Shown: in pieces, positions 8,021-16,139 of the stretch | Layout: the number at the start of each line of letters is the position of its first letter | How positions within the stretch are numbered: position 1 is the stretch's first letter | Source of the DNA: Pyrinomonadaceae bacterium | Lineage (GTDB): Bacteria > Acidobacteriota > Blastocatellia > Pyrinomonadales > Pyrinomonadaceae | Length of the DNA stretch: 64,000 nt | Assembly (NCBI GenBank): GCA_036386415.1 | Contig: DASVVT010000088.1 | Location: 1-64,000 of the forward strand | Direction of reading: 5' to 3' | Notes under the pieces: model-generated | What the model saw: the letters and a program-made list of their open reading frames with translations, nothing else | Told to the model about the DNA's origin: nothing | The model's database searches: none | Position numbers and translations under genes: made by a program

Positions 8021-10603
8021 TTACTGGCTTGAAGCTCTGATGCGCACCTCGTTGGTGAGCGTGCGTTGTCCTCGCGTGTTGACTTCGACGCGCGTTCTTC
8101 CGGGTGCTGTGGCGTCCATCATCTCTTCGGAGGTCAGGGCACGCGGTGGCGGCTGGCGTCTGCTATAACCTTCGCTTGAGCCAGTGCGTGTTTGTTGGAC
8201 GATCACAGCATCGGTTTCGTCGTAGGGCTGTTCATCATCAGCTTCGGCTGTCAGCTCATACATCTCGCTGTGCTTGTAGCATTCGGTGGTCGTCACGAAA
8301 CTGCTCGCCACCGCAATGCGCTCGCGTTGCGGGCATGATGGGGTGACGCGCAGTCCCGTCTCCGGATCAATCTCGATGGTGGTGATGCCTGCCGGACGCG
8401 TGAACGCTTCGCCGCCAAGCGCAGGCCGCAGCTCAACCGCGCCCCGGACGAACTCAGTCCAGGCGGGCAGCGCCGCCTCTGCGCCCGTCAATCCCAGTTG
8501 CTCGTTATCGTCGAAGCCGATCCATACGGCGCACACAAGGTTCGGCGTGTAGCCCACGAACCATCCGTCGCGTGAAGTGCCCGTCTTACCGGCGATGGCG
8601 GTCTGGCGGACTGCGCCACGCGCGCCCCGCGCCGTGCCGTGATCTATCACGTCCGCGAGCATGTCCGTGATCATGTAGGCCGTGGTCGGATTGATGACTT
8701 GCCGCGCCTGGCGAACTTCGCCCAGAACTTCGCTCCCCTCAGCATTGGTGGCATGAGCGATGACCCTTGGCTCGACGCGCAAGCCATTGTTGACAAAGGT
8801 CGTGTAGGCCGCCGCCAGCCTGAGCGGCGTCGCTTCGGTCGTGCCGAGCGCGAGCGCCGGATAAGGCTCTGGCTTCGGTAATCCGAAGTTTTCGGCGAGG
8901 CGCGCGACACGCTCAAGCCCTGTCCGTGTGGCGACATCGACCGTCACGACGTTGAGCGAGTGGACGAGCCCCGTGCGCATCGTCACGTCCTGCATCGAAT
9001 AGCCACCGCCGTAATTGGCCGGACGATAGACGGCGCGGCGGTCGTAAACGAACTCGCGCGGCGCATCCTGGTACATCGAAAGCGGCGAGATACCGCTCTC
9101 AAGCGCCGCCGCATAAACGACAGGCTTGAAGACGGAGCCGGGCTGACGCCGTGCGTCCGTGGCGCGATTCAATTGAGAATCAGTGTAGTCGCGCCCGCCG
9201 ACCATCGCCAGCACAGCGCCCGTCTGCGGGTCGAGCGCAACGAGCGCCGCCTGCGGCCTGACGCCTCTGGCCTTATAAATTTTGTCGAGGTGTTCGAGCT
9301 GACGCCTGACGGCTGTCTCGGCCAGTTGCTGCAAGTCCAGATCAATCGTCGTGTAGATACGCAAGCCGCGCTCATCCGGCTGGCCTGATGTCTCCAGCTC
9401 AGATTCGACCACGCGGTTGACGTAGTCTACGAAGTAGGGCGCGAGCGATTCGTTCCCACTCTCAAGGGGCGCAATCTTCAGGGGCTCCCTGGCAGCGGTA
9501 GCGGCCTCTTCGAGTGTGATTCGATGATCGCGCACCAACGTGCCGAGAACCGTATTGCGTCGCTCAAGGGCTGCCTCCGCGTGGCGGTCGGGCGCATAGC
9601 GGTTCGGGCTCTGAATCATGCCCGCAATCGTCGCGGCCTCTGCCAGCGAGAGGTCTTTCAACTCTTTCCCGAAGAAGACGCGCGCCGCCTGCCCGACGCC
9701 GCGCACCGAAACAGCGCCGCGCTGGCCGAGGTAAATCTCGTTGCAGTAGAGCGCGAAGATGTCTTCTTTCGAGAGACGACGTTCGAGCGTGAAGGCGAGC
9801 ATCGCTTCGGCAAACTTGCGGCTCAGGGTGCGCTCCGGCGAGAGGTACGTGTTCTTGACGAGCTGCTGCGTGATGGTCGAGCCGCCCTGCCCTATCTCCT
9901 GATCGCCCGCGTTGCGCAAGAGCGCGCGACCGATGCCGAAGAGATCGACGCCGCGATGCTCGAAGAAACGATGGTCTTCAATCGAGAGGATGGCGTGTGC
10001 CACCAGAGGCGGAATGTCCGCGTAAGCGAGCGTGGCACGCTGGCCTGTTTTCATGGAAACGTCGGTCGTCAGGACTTCCGGCTCCAGCCTGTAAGAATCA
10101 AGCCGCGCGCCTCCCTCATTCGTGATCTCTGCAACGTGGTCGTTCTTGCCAAAACTGATGCGCACAACTTCCGCGTCGCTCGCAGCGTTTGACCGACGCG
10201 GATGAATCAAGACCGCGCCGGGCTCAACACGGAAGCTGCCGCTCCAGACATCGCTGGCCTCGCTTTCCAGATAACCGGCGCGTCGCAAGAGCGCGACCAA
10301 CCCATCGCGCGAGAGCGTCTGACCCGTCTGAAGCGTGCGCGGCGCGGCATAGATTCCGGCGCGGCTCGTCAGATAACCGTGAGCCAGACGCGCATCGACG
10401 ATCCTTGAATAAGAGACATAGGAGTAGGTCAAAAAGGCAATCGCTGCACAGAGAGAGAGGAGCGCCGCAATGGTGAGCGAGCGAAGAACGTTTCGACGCG
10501 TGCGTAAGGAATCGGCAGTTACATTCCGACGAAAGACCTTGCCCATTCCCTTGATGACACGTGGTGGCCGCCTCTCATGTACAGATGTAACCTCGATTGC
10601 CAT
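8021..10603 (-). CDS. mrcA: Penicillin-binding protein 1A (bifunctional GT51 transglycosylase / transpeptidase)
   Basis: GT51 motif EDHRFFEHRGVD. Transpeptidase motifs SVFKP (SxxK), SLN and KTGT. N-terminal TM anchor. Confidence 0.9.
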   Translation of the reverse strand: MAIEVTSVHERRPPRVIKGMGKVFRRNVTADSLRTRRNVLRSLTIAALLSLCAAIAFLTYSYVSYSRIVDARLAHGYLTSRAGIYAAPRTLQTGQTLSRDGLVALLRRAGYLESEASDVWSGSFRVEPGAVLIHPRRSNAASDAEVVRISFGKNDHVAEITNEGGARLDSYRLEPEVLTTDVSMKTGQRATLAYADIPPLVAHAILSIEDHRFFEHRGVDLFGIGRALLRNAGDQEIGQGGSTITQQLVKNTYLSPERTLSRKFAEAMLAFTLERRLSKEDIFALYCNEIYLGQRGAVSVRGVGQAARVFFGKELKDLSLAEAATIAGMIQSPNRYAPDRHAEAALERRNTVLGTLVRDHRITLEEAATAAREPLKIAPLESGNESLAPYFVDYVNRVVESELETSGQPDERGLRIYTTIDLDLQQLAETAVRRQLEHLDKIYKARGVRPQAALVALDPQTGAVLAMVGGRDYTDSQLNRATDARRQPGSVFKPVVYAAALESGISPLSMYQDAPREFVYDRRAVYRPANYGGGYSMQDVTMRTGLVHSLNVVTVDVATRTGLERVARLAENFGLPKPEPYPALALGTTEATPLRLAAAYTTFVNNGLRVEPRVIAHATNAEGSEVLGEVRQARQVINPTTAYMITDMLADVIDHGTARGARGAVRQTAIAGKTGTSRDGWFVGYTPNLVCAVWIGFDDNEQLGLTGAEAALPAWTEFVRGAVELRPALGGEAFTRPAGITTIEIDPETGLRVTPSCPQRERIAVASSFVTTTECYKHSEMYELTAEADDEQPYDETDAVIVQQTRTGSSEGYSRRQPPPRALTSEEMMDATAPGRTRVEVNTRGQRTLTNEVRIRASSQ

Positions 10604-10809
10604 AATAAGATTAAGGAAAAATTTGTCCGTTGTTCGTGGGCAGTTGTTTGCGCTTCTGACAGGCTTCTTGCTGCTGCCTGAAGATCAAACATTCAACTTC
10701 ACCAAAGCGAACAACGGACAACAGACCAACGGGCACGGACAAATTCTTCCCCTATGCCTTCCTCTATGCTCTCTATAAAAGAGCTAATCCAGGCTTAGTT
10801 CTAATCTTA

Positions 10810-10986
10810 TTTATCTGGCGTCAGAAACCAGCAAGGCTGGCGATTGTGATGATAATGCTGATGCTCCGGCGTTCGACCCTGCATCGGCGCTCACCCATTG
10901 TGAGACGGCGGCGGTCGAGACGGCCAGGACGAGCGTGATCATGATGATGGCGATCAGTTGCGCGAAACTGTTAGCGACTTCTTTCA
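10810..10986 (-). CDS. Possible small (58 aa) hydrophobic membrane protein (below the ORF-track size cut-off)
   Basis: ATG at 10984-10986 (minus strand) gives MKEVANSFAQLIAIIMITLVLAVSTAAVSQWVSADAG...*. Single predicted TM helix. No recognisable family. Confidence 0.2.
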
Positions 10987-11230
10987 TTGTCCCTTACCCC
11001 CCACGAAAATCGTTCGATCTGTTGCCCTTAGCGGTGCATTTAGCAATGTTTATGCCAGCGCTACGGTGAACAACGGCGGAGGCTATAGCCAGCACACTAA
11101 GGCATGCATAGAAGCACTTTAGCGTGGGATGTTGGAGAAGTAAGGCAGGGTTATAAATTGAGGGCAGCCGCATCTTGTGTCTGTTTCCGATGCAGACCTT
11201 CGTTCTTTGGGCTGATGAGGGGTGTTCTAA

Positions 11231-11246
11231 AAAGCTACGACTAGCG
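11231..11246 (+). repeat. 16-bp direct repeat AAAGCTACGACTAGCG, left boundary of the low-GC island
   Basis: Exact copy at 14389-14404. A neighbouring TTGCACAA/TTGTGCAA motif is also duplicated at both ends. Confidence 0.8.
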
Positions 11247-11261
11247 GCTTTGCACAAAAAT

Positions 11262-11392
11262 AGGTTCAAATAATATATACAACTAGTATATACAAATTGT
11301 ATATACTACTTGTAATTATCATCAGTATATACAACTTGTATATATCTTTTGTATTTACAACTTGTATATACTGATGATATATACCTTCACCT
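11262..11392. promoter_or_regulatory. AT-rich array of seven GTATATAC(-like) 8-mers plus a 15-bp inverted repeat (ATCATCAGTATATAC...GTATATACTGATGAT); putative operator/iteron region of the island
   Basis: Read directly: repeated (A/T)CAACTTGTATATAC units at ~12-26 bp spacing immediately upstream of the zinc-ribbon/RM operon. Confidence 0.55.
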
Positions 11393-11414
11393 GTAGACAC
11401 TTTAGGGGTGCTTA

Positions 11415-11603
11415 GTGGCCGAAACCAAACTCCCGATTGGAATGGTCAAGCTAGACGGATGCAGATGCAGGTGTGGGCACGAATGGATACCGCGCGTCAA
11501 AGGGGAAAGACCTGCTAATTGCCCTCAGTGTAAAGCTTCAAAGTGGGACAAGCCGAAAGCTTTCAGCCGAAACAAATCAGCTAACAAGAGGGAAGGCGCG
11601 TAA
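11415..11603 (+). CDS. Small zinc-ribbon protein (CxCxC...CPQC) with lysine-rich tail; candidate controller/partner of the downstream RM enzyme
   Basis: 62 aa, motif GCRCRCGHEW...CPQCKASKW. Its TAA stop overlaps the ATG of the next gene (TAATGG at 11601-11605), so the two are translationally coupled. Low-GC codon usage. Confidence 0.5.
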   Translation: MAETKLPIGMVKLDGCRCRCGHEWIPRVKGERPANCPQCKASKWDKPKAFSRNKSANKREGA

Positions 11604-14296
11604 TGGCTCGGTCAACTAAGAAGAGGACGGGAAAGGGTCGCCCTGTAAATAAATACTGCTCGCTGTCCGCGTTGCATAACGAGAGTGACGTAGAGCAGTT
11701 TTTTGTTATGCCACTTCTGACCGATCTAGGTTATGGGCCAGAGTATTTAGAAACTAAGGCGACAGTAACTCAGGTAAAGATAGGAAAGGGGAAGGGAAAG
11801 AAATCCTATATACCAGATTATCTTGCGTATATCAGCACGGAAAAAGAAAAACCTGTACTTATTATAGATGCCAAACATCCCAATCATTCAGCCGAAGAGG
11901 GAGTCAACGATGCACAGCTTTATGCTTCAGTAATTCGCAGGAAGATGGCCGAACCTAAGCCAGAGCAGTATTGTATTGGCGTAAACGGGCATAAATTGAT
12001 ACTGAAGCATTATGATAGTGATGCGTCGATTTACGAATTATCATTCCAAGATTTCAAGGATGACAATCTACTTTTTACCGCTTTCAAACAAGCAATCAAC
12101 CGTGAATCTCTAACTCGTAAACAGAAATTAAAAGAAAAGGAACCGAAAAGCGATTTCGAGTTCCGAACGGTCTCACCGGTTGAACTGCCCGCCATTTTTG
12201 AAGCGTGTCACCGAGCGATCTGGAAAACAGAAAAGCGTAGCCCCGCATCGGCCTTTTATGAATTTGCAAAAGTCATGTTCGTAAAGATTGATGAAGACAA
12301 ACGGTTACATGAACATCTTATCTCAACCAGCCACGATTTTTCATCCGGCAAAGTTCCCAAAGGGGCTGTGCGATTCTCTGTCCATTGGATTGAAGAGATG
12401 GAAGAAGAAACGGATACAGATGATCCAATTAACACTATTCTGTTTGCGCGACTGGCTAAAAATTTAGAAGAACAAATTGCAAACAAAGAGAAGAAACGTA
12501 TTTTCGAGCCAGGTGAGCTAATCAACCTCGCCCCATCTACTATCAAAGATGCAGTAAGATTTTTAGAACACTTAGACCTGTATGCCGTAGATGAAGACCT
12601 TAACGGACGACTCTTCGAGACGTTTTTAACTGCAACTATGCGAGGTGAAGATTTGGGCCAATTCTTCACTCCGCGCTCTGTCGTAAAGTTCATGGTGAAG
12701 TTGGCTAACCTTCAAGCCGCACCGCTAAAAGCGATGGATATGGTCTTAGATGGTTGCTGCGGTACGGGCGGCTTTTTGATTGAGGCGATGGCTGATATGA
12801 GTCACAGCGTGTCAAGCAATCGGGCAATCACAACGAAAGAACAAGAGACACTTCACCGACAATTAAGAACCGAGAATTTATGGGGCATTGATGCTGGTAA
12901 AGACCCTTTGATGGCTCGTATTGCCCGCCTAAACATGCTCCTACACAAAGATGGCGGGAGTCGCATTTACTATGCAGACGCTTTAGACAAACAGTTACGG
13001 ATAGAGTCAGGGTTGCCACTTCAAACACGCCAAGAGATTGACGAACTCCGGTCGAACATAGTAACCGGCGATACACGGTTTTCCTGTGTCCTGAGCAACC
13101 CGCCATTCTCGATGACTTATGAAAGGAAGAAACCAAACGAGAAAGCAATATTAGATGATTACGAATTATCGGTTGATGAAAAGGGAAAGCCAAGAACGTC
13201 ACTACGTTCTTCCGTAATGTTCTTGGAAAGATATTGGGACTTACTAACGGACGATGGCCGCCTCATTACCATTATGGACGAAAGCGTCCTCAATACGCTC
13301 ACGTCCAAACCATTCAGGGAATACCTGCTAGAAAAGTTTATCATCAAGGGTGTTATCGCGCTTCCCAAAAACACTTTTGTCAAGGCGCAGACCGCAGTTA
13401 AGACTTCCGTACTCTTTCTGCGAAAGAAGACCGATCCCGACGAACGCCAACCGGATATATTCATGGCGATTTGCCGGAATGTCGGGCACAGTGACTCTGG
13501 AAAGGAAAGGCCGCACCTCAACGAACTTCCTAATATCCTAAAGGCATTTCGCGTGTTTCAGGAAAAGGGGTCTGTAAAATCTTCAGATCAAGTATTCACC
13601 GTTCCTGACTTGCTGCCGAACAACCCAACTCTGCGTATTGACGCGCATTACTTTAATCCAAAGTATTTCTCTACGATGAAAGCCCTAGATAAAATGGCCT
13701 CAGATAGAGGATGGAAAATTGATACTCTCCAAGACCTGCTAAGGGAAAGCAAGACAGCACTTGCTGGTGGAGCAACCCCGCGAGGCGCATTGTATCCAGA
13801 TGACGGCCCAAAATTCATTCGTGTCCAGAACGTAAAGCCAAACAGATTAGATTGGGACTCAGACGATGCTTGTATTGACACGCGAACACATACGGTAACT
13901 CTAAAGAGGTCTCAGTTAAAAGAAGGTGATGTTGTTCTTACCATTACCGGCAGTTATGGGATTGCCGCAGTTGTTCCGGCAGGATTCGGAGAGGCAAACA
14001 TCAATCAGCATTCCGTTAAGATCGAAGTCGGAGACAAGATCATACCGGAGTACCTTAGCGTCTTTCTAAATTCCAATTTATGCAGACCTCAGTTTGAGAG
14101 GGCAGTAACAGGGTCAAGCAGGCTGGCTTTAGATTACACTTCAATCCGCAATCTACGCATTCTCTATCCAGAGGACAAAGACGAACAACGTAGAATTGCG
14201 AACACCATAATGAAGCAGCTAGAGGCAGTTTCAAATCTGAGGCGTGATGCCACCGCTTTAGATAAAGCGATGGGCGAAGTTCTAACTAACCTTTAG
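11603..14296 (+). CDS. Single-chain restriction-modification enzyme: N-terminal HsdR_N-type PD-(D/E)xK nuclease-like domain, gamma-class N6-adenine DNA methyltransferase (HsdM-like), C-terminal HsdS-like target-recognition domain
   Basis: N-terminus ESDVEQFFVMPLLTDLGYG...IPDY...LIIDAK (PD...D-x-K). MTase motif I region DLGQFFTPRSVV...VLDGCCGTGGFL, motif IV NPPFS. C-terminal TRD resembles an HsdS half (…VVLTITGSYGIAAV…SSRLALDYTSIRNLRILYP). ~42-48% GC against ~63% in flanking genes. Confidence 0.8.
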   Translation: MARSTKKRTGKGRPVNKYCSLSALHNESDVEQFFVMPLLTDLGYGPEYLETKATVTQVKIGKGKGKKSYIPDYLAYISTEKEKPVLIIDAKHPNHSAEEGVNDAQLYASVIRRKMAEPKPEQYCIGVNGHKLILKHYDSDASIYELSFQDFKDDNLLFTAFKQAINRESLTRKQKLKEKEPKSDFEFRTVSPVELPAIFEACHRAIWKTEKRSPASAFYEFAKVMFVKIDEDKRLHEHLISTSHDFSSGKVPKGAVRFSVHWIEEMEEETDTDDPINTILFARLAKNLEEQIANKEKKRIFEPGELINLAPSTIKDAVRFLEHLDLYAVDEDLNGRLFETFLTATMRGEDLGQFFTPRSVVKFMVKLANLQAAPLKAMDMVLDGCCGTGGFLIEAMADMSHSVSSNRAITTKEQETLHRQLRTENLWGIDAGKDPLMARIARLNMLLHKDGGSRIYYADALDKQLRIESGLPLQTRQEIDELRSNIVTGDTRFSCVLSNPPFSMTYERKKPNEKAILDDYELSVDEKGKPRTSLRSSVMFLERYWDLLTDDGRLITIMDESVLNTLTSKPFREYLLEKFIIKGVIALPKNTFVKAQTAVKTSVLFLRKKTDPDERQPDIFMAICRNVGHSDSGKERPHLNELPNILKAFRVFQEKGSVKSSDQVFTVPDLLPNNPTLRIDAHYFNPKYFSTMKALDKMASDRGWKIDTLQDLLRESKTALAGGATPRGALYPDDGPKFIRVQNVKPNRLDWDSDDACIDTRTHTVTLKRSQLKEGDVVLTITGSYGIAAVVPAGFGEANINQHSVKIEVGDKIIPEYLSVFLNSNLCRPQFERAVTGSSRLALDYTSIRNLRILYPEDKDEQRRIANTIMKQLEAVSNLRRDATALDKAMGEVLTNL

Positions 14297-14310
14297 ACCC
14301 CCACTTTTAA

Positions 14311-14347
14311 TTTTTGTGCAAGTTAACATCCTGCACAAAAATTCCAT
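14311..14347 (+). terminator. Palindrome AATTTTTGTGCA-N11-TGCACAAAAATT downstream of the RM gene (probable terminator or att-related palindrome)
   Basis: Perfect 12-bp inverted repeat. Shares the TTGTGCA motif with the island boundaries. Confidence 0.4.
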
Positions 14348-14388
14348 TCTGACCGCTTCTTTTGGTGACGCTTTCTTAATTGTTGTGC

Positions 14389-14404
14389 AAAGCTACGACT
14401 AGCG
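14389..14404 (+). repeat. 16-bp direct repeat AAAGCTACGACTAGCG, right boundary of the low-GC island
   Basis: Identical to 11231-11246. Overlaps the stop codon of the patatin gene. Confidence 0.8.
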
Positions 14405-15295
14405 CAACGGTGAGATGCGGCGTCTATCTTCTAAGGGTTGCAGGGCGCGGCGGCGGCGTCGCAGTTGATACCATTTCGGCGGCGGCTCTCCCTTGGCGGG
14501 TTCGAGCAGGTGTCTGATCCTTTCGATGGTGACGCGCGCGGCCTCCTCGCCTGCCTTGATCAACTCTGCGGCGCGCGTCATCTCGTCCCAGCGTATGTGT
14601 CCGACCTTGGGTCTGACCACCAGGTCGGCATCCATCAACTGGTGCGCGCTGGCTGTGCGTTGCACGACCATCATCGACTGTAAAAGGACGCCGATGGCAG
14701 ACTGCGGCTGACCCAGGAATTTTGCGCCCTCACAGTTGACATCAACCGCGATGACGATGTCTGCGCCGAGAGAGCGCGCGGCTGCCGTGGGGATGTTAGC
14801 GACCAGCCCGCCGTCTATCAGTTGACGGCCATGCTCGTCTATAACCGGCACGTACCAGCCGGGAATCGCGCAACTGGCGCGAATGGCGAAGGGGAGGTCG
14901 CCCTCGCCGCTCAGGATGACAGCCGAGCCTGTATGAAGGTCTGTGGCGACCGCCGCGAAAGGGATGTGTAAATCCTCGAAGCGCGTGACGGGCAGGCGAG
15001 CGCGCATGTACTCTTCCATGCGTGCGTTCGATTGAACTCCGAGGCGCGAGAGCGTCATGCGTCCTATGTCGCGCCAGCGCAAGCTTCGCCCGATCTCCTC
15101 AAGCTCGCCCGTAGACATCCCCGCCGCGCATGCGCCGCCGACGAGCGCTCCGGCTGATGTGCCCGCGATGAAGTCCAACGGAATACCATTCTCTTCGAGC
15201 ACTTTGAGAACGCCGACATGCGCCAGCCCGCGCGCCCCGCCGCCAGACAACGCCAGCCCAACTGTAGGTCTATCTTTCTTTCCTGAATCCCTCAT
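14399..15295 (-). CDS. Patatin-like phospholipase (RssA/NTE family)
   Basis: GGGARG oxyanion motif, GTSAG (GxSxG) nucleophile elbow, catalytic DGG further on. Confidence 0.85.
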   Translation of the reverse strand: MRDSGKKDRPTVGLALSGGGARGLAHVGVLKVLEENGIPLDFIAGTSAGALVGGACAAGMSTGELEEIGRSLRWRDIGRMTLSRLGVQSNARMEEYMRARLPVTRFEDLHIPFAAVATDLHTGSAVILSGEGDLPFAIRASCAIPGWYVPVIDEHGRQLIDGGLVANIPTAAARSLGADIVIAVDVNCEGAKFLGQPQSAIGVLLQSMMVVQRTASAHQLMDADLVVRPKVGHIRWDEMTRAAELIKAGEEAARVTIERIRHLLEPAKGEPPPKWYQLRRRRRALQPLEDRRRISPLR

Positions 15296-15300
15296 AAGAC

Positions 15301-15392
15301 AGATGTTAGATGTCAGATGCCAGATGTTAGATGTCGGCTCGCGGTCATAGACTCACATCTAACATCTGGCATCTGACATCTGCTTTTTACAC
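15301..15392. terminator. Hairpin built from AGATGTY heptamers (5 units per arm) followed by a T5 run; intergenic terminator-like element
   Basis: AGATGTTAGATGTCAGATGCCAGATGTTAGATGTC -loop- (C)ACATCTAACATCTGGCATCTGACATCTG CTTTTT. Lies between the SurA-like and patatin genes. Confidence 0.7.
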
Positions 15393-16103
15393 CGGATTCA
15401 GGATGATGATCTCGGCGTTTTCCCGCGCGTTGTCGAGGAAGGCATCCGTTTCGGATTCGATCTTGCTTTCGGTCAAGGTGCGCTCAAGCTGTTCGCGCAC
15501 TTCATCAAGCTTGGGCACGATCTGTCCGGGTGATTGTTTTTGCAGCCGTGGGATGTACACGTCGCGGTAGTAATCGGAGACCTCCTGCGGCGTGACGACG
15601 GTGAAGGAGCGGAAACGGAAATCCAGGTACTTATCTATCGCCACGCGCTGGCGTATGATCTCGCGCAACTGATCCGCGCTCAATCCGACGCTACCCATGC
15701 GCTGGTAAAACTCTTCGCGCGAGGGAAATCGATTGATAAGGTCTGCCAGGGCATCCTCGACCTCTTTATCGGTCGGAGCAATCGGCGGCAGCTTTTCCGC
15801 CTCCTGCACGATGAGACGCTGGTTGATGATTAATTGGAGCGCGCGGTTAAGCTCTTCCGAATTGGGGCGGGCGACGGGCGTGCCCGGCTCAAGAGCCAGT
15901 TGCCATAAAAGGTCTGAATAGGTGATGAGGGTGGTACGCGCGCCGTTGCTGACGGTCGCCACCATCTTGTCAACCACATCCTGAGCTTGCGCCTGCGACG
16001 AAAGCGCAAAGCAAAAGGTCAAAGTAAAAAGGCAAAAGTTTAAGACCAAAAGACAGAAGCCATATCGCAAGCGGTCTGTTTCTCTTTTTCTTAACTTTTG
16101 CAT
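15387..16103 (-). CDS. Periplasmic chaperone with SurA N-terminal domain only (no parvulin domain)
   Basis: Signal peptide (…CFALSSQAQAQ). SurA_N-like helical domain (LITYSDLLWQLA…INQRLIVQEAEKL…). Immediately downstream of the omp85 gene. Confidence 0.6.
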   Translation of the reverse strand: MQKLRKRETDRLRYGFCLLVLNFCLFTLTFCFALSSQAQAQDVVDKMVATVSNGARTTLITYSDLLWQLALEPGTPVARPNSEELNRALQLIINQRLIVQEAEKLPPIAPTDKEVEDALADLINRFPSREEFYQRMGSVGLSADQLREIIRQRVAIDKYLDFRFRSFTVVTPQEVSDYYRDVYIPRLQKQSPGQIVPKLDEVREQLERTLTESKIESETDAFLDNARENAEIIILNPV

Positions 16104-16139
16104 CTTTCTTTTTCCTTTGACCTTTTACTTTTGCCTTCT

